A stretch of DNA of 64,000 nucleotides from positions 1-64,000 of the IMG/VR virus record IMGVR_UViG_3300017655_000001; one strand, written 5' to 3'. A program made the translations under genes and the position numbers. Shown here piece by piece: positions 7,034 through 17,366 of this stretch. The stretch is from a virus (Duplodnaviria > Caudoviricetes). Within the stretch, counting starts at the first letter, position 1, and the number at the start of each line of letters is the position of its first letter. The notes beneath the pieces were generated by a model, which was not told where the DNA came from, searched no databases, and was given only the letters and a program-made list of their open reading frames with translations.

Positions 7034-7621
7034 CTAGAATTTAAATCCGAAATGCTCTGGAATAGACTTCCTTGCATATTCGAAATAAATATTATCTTTC
7101 ATGAAGAAGTTATCATCAGCTTTAAACTTAACAACTTCTACAAAATCTTCAAATGTTCCGCCATCAAAGAAGTCATGGAACCATTGATGATTCATCACAA
7201 CATCTGGATAAGCTGAAACAACAATCTGATTTGTCCTGAACATTGTGGAATGATCTAGGAACTCAAATCTGTGATCGCACAATACAACATCAAAACTACA
7301 ACCAACCCAAGCTTCTTTGTGTCCGTAATGGACGAGTTTAACACGACCGCCATTTGGGAATGTGTAAATACAACTTGCTTGAGAATAGCGGTATTGCTCG
7401 CCATCTAGAAGATGCTTAAATATTTCATTACTAGCACCAGCCCTGTCTGGGAATGTGCTAATCATCAAAACAAACTTGTTATTGTCTCGTGCTTCGTGGA
7501 TAGCTTTGATAGCCAGTCCGTATGTAACACCAGCACCGGGTTCACAAGAAGCGATAGTGAGCTTTGCTTTTGATTGCATCAATTGGTATTGGGCAGGTAA
7601 AACAGGTTTAAAACTTGACAT
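7034..7621 (-). CDS. Degenerate terminase-ATPase-like protein (TerL N-domain paralogue)
   Basis: Aligns by eye with TerL in this window: Q-motif, EPGAGVT vs AAGSSKS, TFPNGGRV...G.SFDVVLCD vs FDRGASV...GLELSNVFYDE, and DDNFF vs YDNPW. Confidence 0.6.
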   Translation of the reverse strand: MSSFKPVLPAQYQLMQSKAKLTIASCEPGAGVTYGLAIKAIHEARDNNKFVLMISTFPDRAGASNEIFKHLLDGEQYRYSQASCIYTFPNGGRVKLVHYGHKEAWVGCSFDVVLCDHRFEFLDHSTMFRTNQIVVSAYPDVVMNHQWFHDFFDGGTFEDFVEVVKFKADDNFFMKDNIYFEYARKSIPEHFGFKF

Positions 7622-7669
7622 AGCGTCTTTTCCTTATTTCATAGCGAAATGTTTTATTTTGGGAGTTAC

Positions 7670-7743
7670 TTGGCCTGCCCAGACTCGAACTGGGACCGAG
7701 ACAATTATGAGTTGTTCGTGCAATACCCATACACCACAGGCCA
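7670..7743 (-). tRNA. tRNA with CAT anticodon (Met or lysidine-modified Ile2), CCA not encoded
   Basis: TGGCCTG/CAGGCCA acceptor, CTCATAA loop, CCCAG-TTCGAGT-CTGGG T-arm. C4/C5 in the acceptor is compatible with Ile2. Confidence 0.88.
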
Positions 7744-7839
7744 TCAAAGAATTCCCGCATGTGCGGGCTATGCTGTAGTCACGTTTCAGTCGTCAGACGC
7801 ACACACAGCTTGTCTTTTAATTGCCTTTCGGTCAACTCT

Positions 7840-8100
7840 TTAACAGGTAATTGTATAAGGCGGTTTGAAGTCTGGATCCCAATTCACTTCCTTACTAATC
7901 AAATCAGAAACCTTTTTCCAATCTGTATTTGGAGTGGTTGGTGCAATCTGTTTAAGTAGTGTGCTACGATCAGGAGTCTTCTTATCAAACACAAGCTTTA
8001 GATGATCTTTAATCACCAACCATTGCTTGTCTGAAATACTCTCTGTCTCGGTTAGCTCTACAAAGCCTTGGAGCCAGAAAACAAAATCTTTTTCGGTCAT
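7840..8100 (-). CDS. Hypothetical protein
   Basis: 86-aa ORF with GGAG RBS, directly after a promoter. Confidence 0.75.
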   Translation of the reverse strand: MTEKDFVFWLQGFVELTETESISDKQWLVIKDHLKLVFDKKTPDRSTLLKQIAPTTPNTDWKKVSDLISKEVNWDPDFKPPYTITC

Positions 8101-8125
8101 TTATTATTTCTCCCATTCAAGATAC

Positions 8126-8154
8126 AGAATATCAGACTTTTAAGAAAAAGTCAA
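8126..8154 (-). promoter_or_regulatory. Sigma70-like promoter driving the tRNA cluster
   Basis: TTGACT-17-TATTCT. Confidence 0.7.
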
Positions 8155-8179
8155 TAGGTAAACGAAAATAATTCAAAAA

Positions 8180-8344
8180 TTATTCGTAATTTGGTAAAAT
8201 AGTATGAAATTGGGTCTGTCCTTTTTCTGTCAAGGATTCAAAAGCGTACTCAAATCGAAACTTAGCTGTTTCTTCTTGTTGTTCTAATTGAAATTCTTTA
8301 ACACAAAGACAGACCACTTCATCGCAATATTCGCAGTAGTCCAT
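8180..8344 (-). CDS. Small hypothetical protein (54 aa, MDYCEYCDEVVCLC...)
   Basis: Below the ORF-track cutoff; read directly. Follows the promoter at 8379-8408. Confidence 0.55.
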   Translation of the reverse strand: MDYCEYCDEVVCLCVKEFQLEQQEETAKFRFEYAFESLTEKGQTQFHTILPNYE

Positions 8345-8378
8345 AGTCTCTAATCTTTTTATTGTAATTGATTAAGAG

Positions 8379-8408
8379 ACTATATCAAAACTGACTTACT
8401 AATGTCAA
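8379..8408 (-). promoter_or_regulatory. Sigma70-like promoter
   Basis: TTGACA-18-TATAGT. Confidence 0.7.
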
Positions 8409-8895
8409 GCTTTTGATAGAAAATTTTTATTATAGTATTCTATGTAATCAGCCGTTCCTTTAGCTCTTTCCTTATCCTTAATAGGTATTCCAACTTGGGT
8501 TACTCCTCTATTAAACCAGATATATTCGCTTGTAAAATCATTATAGTTCGGGGAGTAACCTTCATAGAAAAGCTGTTCCGCTTCTTTAAATCCATACCAC
8601 CAAGTATCTACGTTCATTTCTTGTTTCCTTAATTATCAAATCCCCAATACCCTTCCCAATCATCTACGTCAAAATAATTGTAGAAAAGTTGATCAAGATA
8701 CCCCGCATATTTACCTTCGTAAAACATAACAGGTTCGTATCCAAACGTTACATCATCCACTTTAAACTTATTAAAGTCTCTTCCAGTGTTTTTGCAAACC
8801 CATGCAATCTCTTTAGTGTATTGCTTAATGTCAGCCCATCGTTGGCCTTTAAGATCTACTGTTGGTAGATTTTGTTCATAGAATTTGTATTTCAC
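8405..8895 (-). other. Two small hypothetical CDS (8405-8617, 8629-8895)
   Basis: Tightly packed ORFs coupled to the 8892 gene. Confidence 0.7.
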
Positions 8896-10244
8896 TTCTT
8901 ATCCACCTTACAAAAAGTTTTATCTCCCAAGACATCTTCCCAAGCTGAATACATAGCCTCTCTCAAATCATTTTCAGCAGATGCTTTTACAAGACAGCTA
9001 TCGTGATACACCAAAACTGTATGATCTTTCTGCACCATCCTTTCAATAATACCCATCATAATATCAGAGTCAATCTTTTGTAGAACAACTCCCTTATCTG
9101 AGTAGAAACTTGAGCGAATCAAATCATTATGTTGCCTAATCGCTGTCAAAATCTTCTTAACTGGAATAGACCCTACAATACCCACAAACTGTTTATCAAT
9201 CTGATCTTTCTTAACATCTTCTCTAACCTTACCACTCATAGCCCCAACAGCCTGCGCTTCATCCACTGAGTTGATACCAATAAGGATAGCAAGCTTTGCT
9301 AGATTTCGCAATGGATTATGTTTCTTGCCAATCAACTTACTGTGATTATTAATCTCCTCTTCATCTGTCTCTACAAACGATAGGTCAGCATTATACGGAT
9401 TAAAGTCTTCACCAAATAATTCATAAGCATTTGTACCATCTTTTAAAAGCATCTGATAGCAAATACTAGGATGGATGGCATTGAAGTCAAGTTCAACAAC
9501 AGGTTCACCATCAATTTCTAGATACTCATTACGCAAACGTTGGGGCAGAAGTTGTACACCACCACCTGCTGCATAGATACGGCCAGCGACGTGCATTGTG
9601 TCTAGGAAAACACGTTTATATTCTACTGTTGCGATTTGTTTACCGTTATACTTAATGTCTGCACCTTTTAAACTGCTGTTGTATGTTTCCATCTTTTCTC
9701 TAGCCTCTTTAATGCCAATTTTTCCACGAGTACCTAGTATGTCTCCGGTCTTCCTATCTCTTACTTCTACAGAATCTTCTACATGCCACTCATCAAACAG
9801 ATCAACCATGTTATCACTATCCCAAAGATCAATCAATCTTTTTCTGAAGATTACACAAGATGAGATTACATATTCAGGAACTCGTTTACCTTTATCGTAT
9901 CTCCAAGAGTCAACAAAGCCTTTGTAAATATGAATATAAGATTTTTCTTCTAGGAATTGGAGAAGACCCTTAACACCTCTATACCCAATCTTAGTTTTGT
10001 TATTCGTGTAATAGGATGGATCTAGACTAACCCTCATCCCTTCTGCTGTGTTGTTCATAGCACGAGCAAAATTAGACACAAACCATTTAACAGCAGTATC
10101 CCATTTACCACCACTATGTTCATTCAGTGAATCAGTGATGTGTTGATAATACTGAGACTGATGGTAGTGTAGGTAGGTGTTAGAGCAAGACAGAGAAATA
10201 GCATGTCTATCTAAAGCACTCATCTTACTTAAATCATAAATCAT
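8892..10244 (-). CDS. Family A polymerase-like (palm/fingers only) protein, paralogue 1
   Basis: GRIYA..Q.LP..R, motif A-like VELDFNAIHP, motif B-like RNLAKLAILIG and motif C-like VYHDS. No exonuclease domain evident. Confidence 0.6.
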   Translation of the reverse strand: MIYDLSKMSALDRHAISLSCSNTYLHYHQSQYYQHITDSLNEHSGGKWDTAVKWFVSNFARAMNNTAEGMRVSLDPSYYTNNKTKIGYRGVKGLLQFLEEKSYIHIYKGFVDSWRYDKGKRVPEYVISSCVIFRKRLIDLWDSDNMVDLFDEWHVEDSVEVRDRKTGDILGTRGKIGIKEAREKMETYNSSLKGADIKYNGKQIATVEYKRVFLDTMHVAGRIYAAGGGVQLLPQRLRNEYLEIDGEPVVELDFNAIHPSICYQMLLKDGTNAYELFGEDFNPYNADLSFVETDEEEINNHSKLIGKKHNPLRNLAKLAILIGINSVDEAQAVGAMSGKVREDVKKDQIDKQFVGIVGSIPVKKILTAIRQHNDLIRSSFYSDKGVVLQKIDSDIMMGIIERMVQKDHTVLVYHDSCLVKASAENDLREAMYSAWEDVLGDKTFCKVDKK

Positions 10245-10488
10245 CTTATCCTCATAGTTGTGTGTGTTGTAATGTTAGTAGATAGAGAGATGTTATAGCT
10301 ATGCTAGTATTGTCAAACGCTGAAGTCTACAACCCGCATGGATAAAGGGCTACAGAGGAGATGTGCTCTCCATAGTTCATTTTTTGATCAATTGTAAACC
10401 TAACAACCTCTCGTTGCATAGGGAAGACATTACCATAGAACGACAGCTTGTCAAGAACATTCCACACAAAAATATTTTCCATTACCCC

Positions 10489-10517
10489 TTGCATCCATCC
10501 CCACACCCTGCTATTCT
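10489..10517 (+). promoter_or_regulatory. Sigma70-like promoter starting the plus-strand block
   Basis: TTGCAT-17-TATTCT. A divergent TTGACA on the minus strand lies near 10449-10454. Confidence 0.65.
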
Positions 10518-10581
10518 ATACCCCACAGAGCACAGAGATGTGCAAACATAAATTAAATGCCTGAAGGGATTAGGAGAGGAA

Positions 10582-11719
10582 ATGAAATTTTACGTTGTAT
10601 TTGAGCACTGGTATAATTATTGTGATCAATGGGATGTTGCAGAGTCTTACTGGTTAAGTGAAGAAAAAGCAATTGAACGTGTTATTGAACTTGAGTCTAA
10701 AACTAAGATTAGTGAAAACTATTGGGTAGATTACGAAAGTATTCAAACTGAGGATTAAAGCATGCAACAGAAAAGTAAAGAATTCTTTGAAAAACTGGCT
10801 TCCCTTCTTGAAGAATATGGTGTAGAAATAGAAATCACAGAATCGTGTTACGGTTATCAAGGATTTCAAGTGGATGGGCTGGAATTCGGTATTCCGTATG
10901 TTGTAGAGGATGGAGAATTCAGTTACAATAGCGTAGATTATGTAGAGCTTGCTGGACGATTCCATAAAACAGAAGATATTCGTGAGGAGATTGGGAAGTG
11001 AAAAGTATTCAAATTTGGGTTGTGCATGAAACGCAAGGCGGTAAGCTGGTTCGTGCTTTCACTACAGAGCAAGATGCTTGGAGTTTCCTGCAGTGGTCGC
11101 ATGCTGAAAAAGAATTAGATGGAAGATATTTTACAGTGAAACCAATTTGGCTAGAAGACTGGAGTAAGAAATGAAGACTATTCCTAACGTTCCATACGGC
11201 TGGATGGATTTTGTCTCTCGTGTAAAAAGCTTGACAACGAGCCCACTCTCAGCAGATAATTATTCAGTGATGATGCGAGAATATTACATTCTTGGTAAAA
11301 CACCACAGGAGTATGTGAATAGCTTGAAATAAATTTTTGAAATAAGGAGAGTATTATGTGCGATTTTTACGAAGAAATTTATGAGATGTGTCAAGAAGCG
11401 ATTGATCCGCATTTAAAACCTAATCAACATGGGATGTACAGCATTACTAAAGAAAGTTTAATCCCTAGTGTTGTAGAAAGTCTTGAATATCTTATTGAAT
11501 TCTGGCAAGCTAACAAGAATAAGGAAGGTATTGACCTATGTGGAGCACGGAATGTCTAAAATCAAAATCATTGAACGTCCATACGGAAAGAAACGTTATT
11601 GTGTGTATTTTGGGAAGCAGCTGATGGACAGGTTTAGTAGTAAAGAAAATGCGAATCATTATGCTAGTATGTATTTGGTTCCTCCGTATAGCCTAGAGAC
11701 GAATAACTGGTATAGTTAA
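10582..11719 (+). other. Run of about six small hypothetical CDS
   Basis: Includes 10762-11001 and 11356-11559 plus several sub-60-aa ORFs read directly (MKFYVVFEHW..., MKSIQIWVVHET..., MKTIPNVPYGW...), each with a GGAG/GAGG RBS. Confidence 0.7.
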
Positions 11720-11730
11720 AGGAGGATAGA

Positions 11731-12312
11731 ATGAAATATGAACTTCAAATGATTCATCCTTTCACACGAGAACCTGTTGTATTCCAGATCAGTGAATTCG
11801 TTCACAAGGCTTATCAGTTTGCAAAGAAAGCCCACCAAGGTCAGAAGAGGAAATATACGGGTGAAGATTATATAAATCACCCTGTAGAAGTTATGAGTAT
11901 TGTTTCAACTGTAACACACACAGAAGAAATGCTTGCTGCTGCTCTACTTCATGATAATTTTGAAGATTGCGGTATCACTCTTTACCAAATAAAGAAAGAA
12001 TTTGGTTGGCAAGTTATGGCTTATGTAAACGACCTGTCAGATGTATCCAAGCCGGAAGACGGGAACCGCGAATTACGCAAGAAGCTAGATCGTGATTGGA
12101 TCGCTGAAGCTTATCCTGCTTCTAAAACAATCAAGCTTGCAGACCTCATCAGCAATAGCCGTTCAATCGTAAAACACGATAAAGATTTTGCTCGTGTGTA
12201 CATCAAAGAGAAAGAATTGCTTCTTGAGGTGTTGACAGAGGGTGATGCTACATTATACGCTAAAGCTAAGCAAATCGTTGAAGAAGCTAAAAAGGAGTTG
12301 GAATTAGAATGA
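11731..12312 (+). CDS. Stand-alone RelA/SpoT-type HD hydrolase (Mesh1/SAH-like)
   Basis: AYQFAKKAH.GQKRK..GE.YI.HP, AALLHDNFED and KTIKLADLISN. Confidence 0.88.
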   Translation: MKYELQMIHPFTREPVVFQISEFVHKAYQFAKKAHQGQKRKYTGEDYINHPVEVMSIVSTVTHTEEMLAAALLHDNFEDCGITLYQIKKEFGWQVMAYVNDLSDVSKPEDGNRELRKKLDRDWIAEAYPASKTIKLADLISNSRSIVKHDKDFARVYIKEKELLLEVLTEGDATLYAKAKQIVEEAKKELELE

Positions 12313-15300
12313 CAAACAAAGAAGCTCATCTGCGGACAATTGCTATATTTGCATTGTCCTTCATAGTCATCGGGATTGTGGCAACACTGTTTTATTTCTT
12401 CCCTCAAGTGATGTCTGGAATCACTGTATTTGGATTCTTTGCAATCTGCTTTGGGATGGCTTATAATTCATTTTACCAAGCGCACAAGAACAGCGGAAAA
12501 GAGCCTAAATAAATCGTGCAAAGCCCTAAGCAGTAGGGTAGGATACTCCCTATCGGGGGAATAAGAGAAGTCGCTTATTTAGGAAGAGAATCGTACAGAA
12601 AAGAGGAGATTTATGCGAAGAATTATGTGTTTCTTCGGTGTGCATAGGTGGCAGTATCTAGGTACGCTTGATTGGAGTGATGGGACAGGTACTAAAACGT
12701 ACTGGTGTTACCATTGCAAGAAATTAAAAATGGAGGGTACAAAACTATGAAACAAGAGGATATTGACTTCTTCCAAAGAATTGATGCCAAGAAAGAGAAT
12801 GGTAGCATCCAATCAATCCTTTCAGAAGGTAATCTACAAGCATTGAGCTTTGAATCTGTAGCTAAACGTATTATTATGAATCTTCTGAATGACAGGCAAG
12901 CTATTTTGACGGAAAATAAGGCTATGTCGAGCTATCTTAAGAAGATTGGTCACTACACTGCTGAAGCTTTGGGGATTAAAGAATGAAATGGTCTGACCTG
13001 CTGACAACAAAAGATATTGAAAATCTTTTGAAATTAGCTTACTATCGTACTTTTAAAGGAGAGAAGAAATGAGCGACGTACAAAAAGTTGTAAATGAGAT
13101 TAACGAGAAACTGTTCAACGACCCTGTATCTGAGACTGACTACTTCCGTTACCTTGAATACACAACTACACCTATTGGTGACTTCGTTAAATATATGGGG
13201 AACTTCATCTGGGACTCTGAGAATGATTACCGTGAATGGATTGATGATGAACAAGAACCACTGGAAGGTTATCTAGTCAAACAGATGATTGAAATCAATA
13301 AAGTAATTGTTAGCAGTCTTCGTGTTCTTGACAAACGATACAAAGCAATTGCCAAAGTAATGGATAACCGCTTGAAAGGTGATGGGTTGCGTGCAAATAT
13401 TCTGGAACGCACACAAGAATTTGTTGACAGTCAAAATAAATAAGTAGGATAATAAACATGAGTGGTAAATTTGTAAGTTTGGTGCTGGTGGATCGTCAGT
13501 CAGATAACCTTGATGAGGAATGGGGTCGCGGGTTTAAAGGAATTACCCACCTAGAGTTTGAAACTGCGCAAGATGCCAGACAGTTTTATGTAGAACAAGA
13601 CTATCTTTATCAGGACGGTATTTGGAAAGATACTCGGTTTGTGATTATCCCATATATGGGCAAGAAGTAATGGACGAAGAAATTGTTTGTTATCAAATCG
13701 AGATTCTTGTGCCGACAGGAACGCACAAGTACATTTACTCAGACAAGATTCCAACAAACGAGGAAGTCCAAACTGAGTATGGGTTGTTCGCAAGAGTTGG
13801 TTCAGTAAATGGTCTGATGCATATTGTTCAACACAGGCAACAATTAGAATCTTATAAAACTCTGTTGAATTTTTATCAAGAGTCCTACAAAGAAGATAGG
13901 GGGATTAAGTGAACGAAGACAAAATTCAGATTTGGGGTAAATGGGTTGGACATGAGACAGACCATCCTGACTGCCTTCTACTAGAAACAGAAATCCATTT
14001 GAACGGTAAGAAAGTAGATTGGAATTTTGTAGATGTCTATTCTTTGGCCTTGTACTACAAAAACTGCAAACCATACAAAGATTATCCCTATTCTTACTTT
14101 GAACCTTTCAGTTGTTCATGCGGTATTGCAGGATGTGCAGGTATTTGGGGCGGAATTGATGTAAAAGAGCGTAAACACTCCATTCAATGGAGTGCCAAGA
14201 AAGAGCACGGATACGGTTTCCTTGAGAAAAGCTTTTATTCGTTTGACAAGAAGCAGTATCTGAAAGCTTTTAATGATTTTCTTTTCTGGCTAAAGATGGA
14301 ATGCGATTATGATTATAAGCTCTGCGTAGATATTGGACATTATGAAGGTGGTGAGACTACAGTAGGCGAATTCTTTGAATGGTTGGAGACAAAACAATGA
14401 TTTACATTCTCGCTTGGCTCATATGTGGTGTTTGCTCTTTTTATCTACTTAGGTCTTTCCTCTATCGCATCACAGAGGATCAAGGAGGATTGTTCCATTG
14501 CATTCAAGAATTGTTTGAGCAAATGGATAAGGAGGATATTGAAAAGGGTGGTTTCGCAGACGAAACCTGGAAATTAGCTGATGAAAATACAATGTTGGCG
14601 GTTGTTCATACACTATTTCTTGTAATGAGCCTAATTATTTGGCCAATTGTACTTGCAGCTTTGCTTTATTGGATGTATACTAGTGCTACTTGGGACGATT
14701 TGATTTATGAGAAGGAGAATGTAAATGAGTGAGGTAAATGAAGTTCCTAGCTTTTGGGCTTTCTTTATACCGTGCTTTTTAGTTCTAATGCTATTCTTGG
14801 TGATGGGAGGAGAGAATTCAAAGAAAGCTAGAGAAGAATGTGAATCTAAAGGTGGTCAGTATTTTGAATCTAGGGGTAAGTCAGCTATTTGCCACAAAGG
14901 ATTAGTGCCATGAATGACACACACGTTTTGAAAAACAGTCTTAAAATCCTGTATGCCGATCATCCTGAAATCTTAATGATGCTTGATCAGATTTCATTTG
15001 ATAAATTGAATGTGCAATGGAAACAAGAATTGTTCTCTCGTATAAATCCAGAAACGTATTATTTGGTTGAAGAATTTCTTGCATCTGAGCTTTACAGTAG
15101 TTACACTCAAGCTGTTCATGCAGCGACTCTAGCGATGACAAGACCACTTAGCGATTTGATGAACTTTGTACTTGAAACTAATAAAGGAGCATTAAGCTAA
15201 ATGTCGACAAAACAACAATACCAATCCGTCCTAGACGACATGAATGTCTTGGAAGACCAATTTGATTTATCTGTTGCGCTTATTTCATCGCTTGATGATG

Positions 15301-15608
15301 GGTCAGAAGTGTATCCTCATACTTCGGATATATACACACAAATTGCTAATATTAAATCATGGAGTAGTGATAAGATAAATGAGATTGAGAAGCAAGAAAT
15401 GCTTGAGGGATTTTTAGCAGGAATGAGGGGTTTGTTTATTGAGTATGGGGCTAAATTGGAGATTGTGAGTACTGCTGAGGGTGTAGGATACGGCCTTCAG
15501 TACGGGGAAGGTGGTAGTGAAGCTGGATTTAAGCTAACAATTGAGAAAGAAGGGTTGACTGCTGAGAAGATTTATGAAACAATGATTCTGCAAGGCAATA
15601 ATATCTAA
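12309..15608 (+). other. Run of small hypothetical CDS, several with TM segments
   Basis: ORFs 12309, 12705, 13069, 13458, 13622 (true start about 13669), 13909, 14379, 14725, 14889 and 15201, with overlapping stop/start codons. Confidence 0.7.
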
Positions 15609-15626
15609 CTGAAGAAGGAATACAAG

Positions 15627-16409
15627 ATGAGTGCTAAAAATCGGGCTGTACTAGTTGTTGTAGACGGGCAAGAAATCGAAGTACCTCGGAAACGTACTCG
15701 AAAAACTCGGAATGGTGGTGTCAGCCAAGAAAACAAAGAAAAGTATGCACATACTAGCAGTCTGCGTAAACCGCTAGTGCCGATGAACGATAAACAAAAA
15801 GACTACATCAAGGCTGTTCAAGAGGATGCTTGTGTAATTTGTGTCGGTGTATGGGGAAGTTCAAAAACCTTTATCCCCTCGGTAATCGCATCTGATTGGT
15901 TGATGGACAAGAAGATTGATAAGGTAATTATTGCACGCCCGGCAGAAGGTAAAGGCAAGTCTGTAGGTTTCCTAAAAGGCAGTAAAGATGAGAAAATGGA
16001 ACCATGGTGCGCTCCAATCACCAACACAATGAAAGAGCGTATGGGTGTTGCACATTTTGAAGCAATGCTTGCAAATGGTAAAATTGAACAACTCAGCTTG
16101 GAGCATGTAAAGGGCCGGTCTTGGGACAACTGTCTAATCCTCGTGGATGAAGCGGAGGATCTGGACCCTGAAGTTGCAAAAAGTCTTGTCGGGCGCCAAG
16201 GATACAACAGCACCACGGTTATTACGGGCGATCTACGACAACAAGACCTTAAGAAAAACTCCGGTTTGCAATACTTACTTGACGTTGCAAAATATGCAGA
16301 CATTCCCGTAACATTGATTGACTTTGATTCTTGGGATTATTGCGTTCGTTCAGAAGAAGCTAAGATGTGGGGTCAAGCGTTTGAGAAGTATGAAAATCGA
16401 GGGAAGTGA
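15627..16409 (+). CDS. phoH: PhoH-like ATPase
   Basis: KQKDYI, G.WGSSKT, IIARP, GFLKG...EKMEPW, KGRSW, LVDEAE and ITGDLRQQDL. Confidence 0.93.
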   Translation: MSAKNRAVLVVVDGQEIEVPRKRTRKTRNGGVSQENKEKYAHTSSLRKPLVPMNDKQKDYIKAVQEDACVICVGVWGSSKTFIPSVIASDWLMDKKIDKVIIARPAEGKGKSVGFLKGSKDEKMEPWCAPITNTMKERMGVAHFEAMLANGKIEQLSLEHVKGRSWDNCLILVDEAEDLDPEVAKSLVGRQGYNSTTVITGDLRQQDLKKNSGLQYLLDVAKYADIPVTLIDFDSWDYCVRSEEAKMWGQAFEKYENRGK

Positions 16410-17356
16410 TGACTCATAGTATCGATATTACTGGAATTAAGTCCGGTAGACTTACCGCAGTAAGGGAACTACACAAAGAGGGTAGGCACTGGTTATGGGA
16501 ATGCAGTTGCGAATGTGGGGAGAAAGCCGCGTTCCCTAATAGGTACATACGGCTTGAGTTGGTAAGTAATTGCGGGAAATGTGGAAGTAGCACTCGTAAA
16601 AATGCAACATATATTGGAACTAAGGTTTTTAATAACGAAGGTTATGAAGCTGAGGTTATCGGATTTGTTTCTTCCAGCCCCTCAATTTTCAAAGTTAGGT
16701 TTAATGATGAATACCATGCTGAAGTTGAAGTAGCCTGTGGTAATTTCACAAGGGGTAGCTTTTCAAATCCGTATCACAGAAGTGTTGCTGGAGTAGGTTA
16801 TTTTGGAATTGGTAAGTTTATTGCTAAGAAAAATGGAAAGCATACACTAGAATACGAAGACTGGAATAGTATGCTAAAAAGGTGTTATAATTCAGAGGAA
16901 GCAAAGAAATCTTACAAAGATAAGTATGTAGTGGATATGTGGCACAACTTCCAAAATTTCGCAGAATGGGCAACATCGCAAAGGAATTTTGGAAGGAAGG
17001 GTTGGGATCTTGAAAAAGATTTGCTTATTAAAAATAATAAGGTTTACAGCCCAGAAACCTGCGTCTATCTACCACGTGAAATTAATTCCTTTATTAAAAG
17101 GAAGAGCTTCAATGCGTTACCCCTAGGTGTGGACGTTGCGTATAATTATGATGGCACAGCTTACTATCGGGCACAGTCTACGGAGGATGGTAAAAACATC
17201 TGTCTTGGAGGATTTGAAAGAGTTGAAGAGGCATTTCTTGCCTACAAAGTACACAAAGAGATGCTGGCTAAAAAGTTGGCTAATAAGTGGAAAGACGAAA
17301 TTCCAGAAGTTGCGTATAAAGCGCTTTACAACTATACCGTTGAAATTACTGATTGA
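16406..17356 (+). CDS. Homing endonuclease (HNH-type)
   Basis: WECSCECG, WNSMLKRCY, WHNFQNFAEW, WDLEKDLL...KVYSPETCVYLP and an AP2-like tail. Confidence 0.85.
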   Translation: MMTHSIDITGIKSGRLTAVRELHKEGRHWLWECSCECGEKAAFPNRYIRLELVSNCGKCGSSTRKNATYIGTKVFNNEGYEAEVIGFVSSSPSIFKVRFNDEYHAEVEVACGNFTRGSFSNPYHRSVAGVGYFGIGKFIAKKNGKHTLEYEDWNSMLKRCYNSEEAKKSYKDKYVVDMWHNFQNFAEWATSQRNFGRKGWDLEKDLLIKNNKVYSPETCVYLPREINSFIKRKSFNALPLGVDVAYNYDGTAYYRAQSTEDGKNICLGGFERVEEAFLAYKVHKEMLAKKLANKWKDEIPEVAYKALYNYTVEITD

Positions 17357-17366
17357 GGGAATAAAA

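Noticed and set aside
7772-7809. CTGACGA...GAAAC on the minus strand resembles a hammerhead ribozyme core
   Set aside because: Only 2 nt separate CUGACGA and GAAA, so stem II cannot form. It folds as a simple hairpin in the tRNA leader.
12510-12590. Short hairpins in the gap after the 12309 ORF
   Set aside because: Stems are only 4-5 bp with no second copy or covariation; not distinguishable from chance or a weak terminator.
17127-17366. 80-codon extension of ClpP overlapping the endonuclease
   Set aside because: A good RBS and ATG lie at 17367; the extension has no recognisable features.
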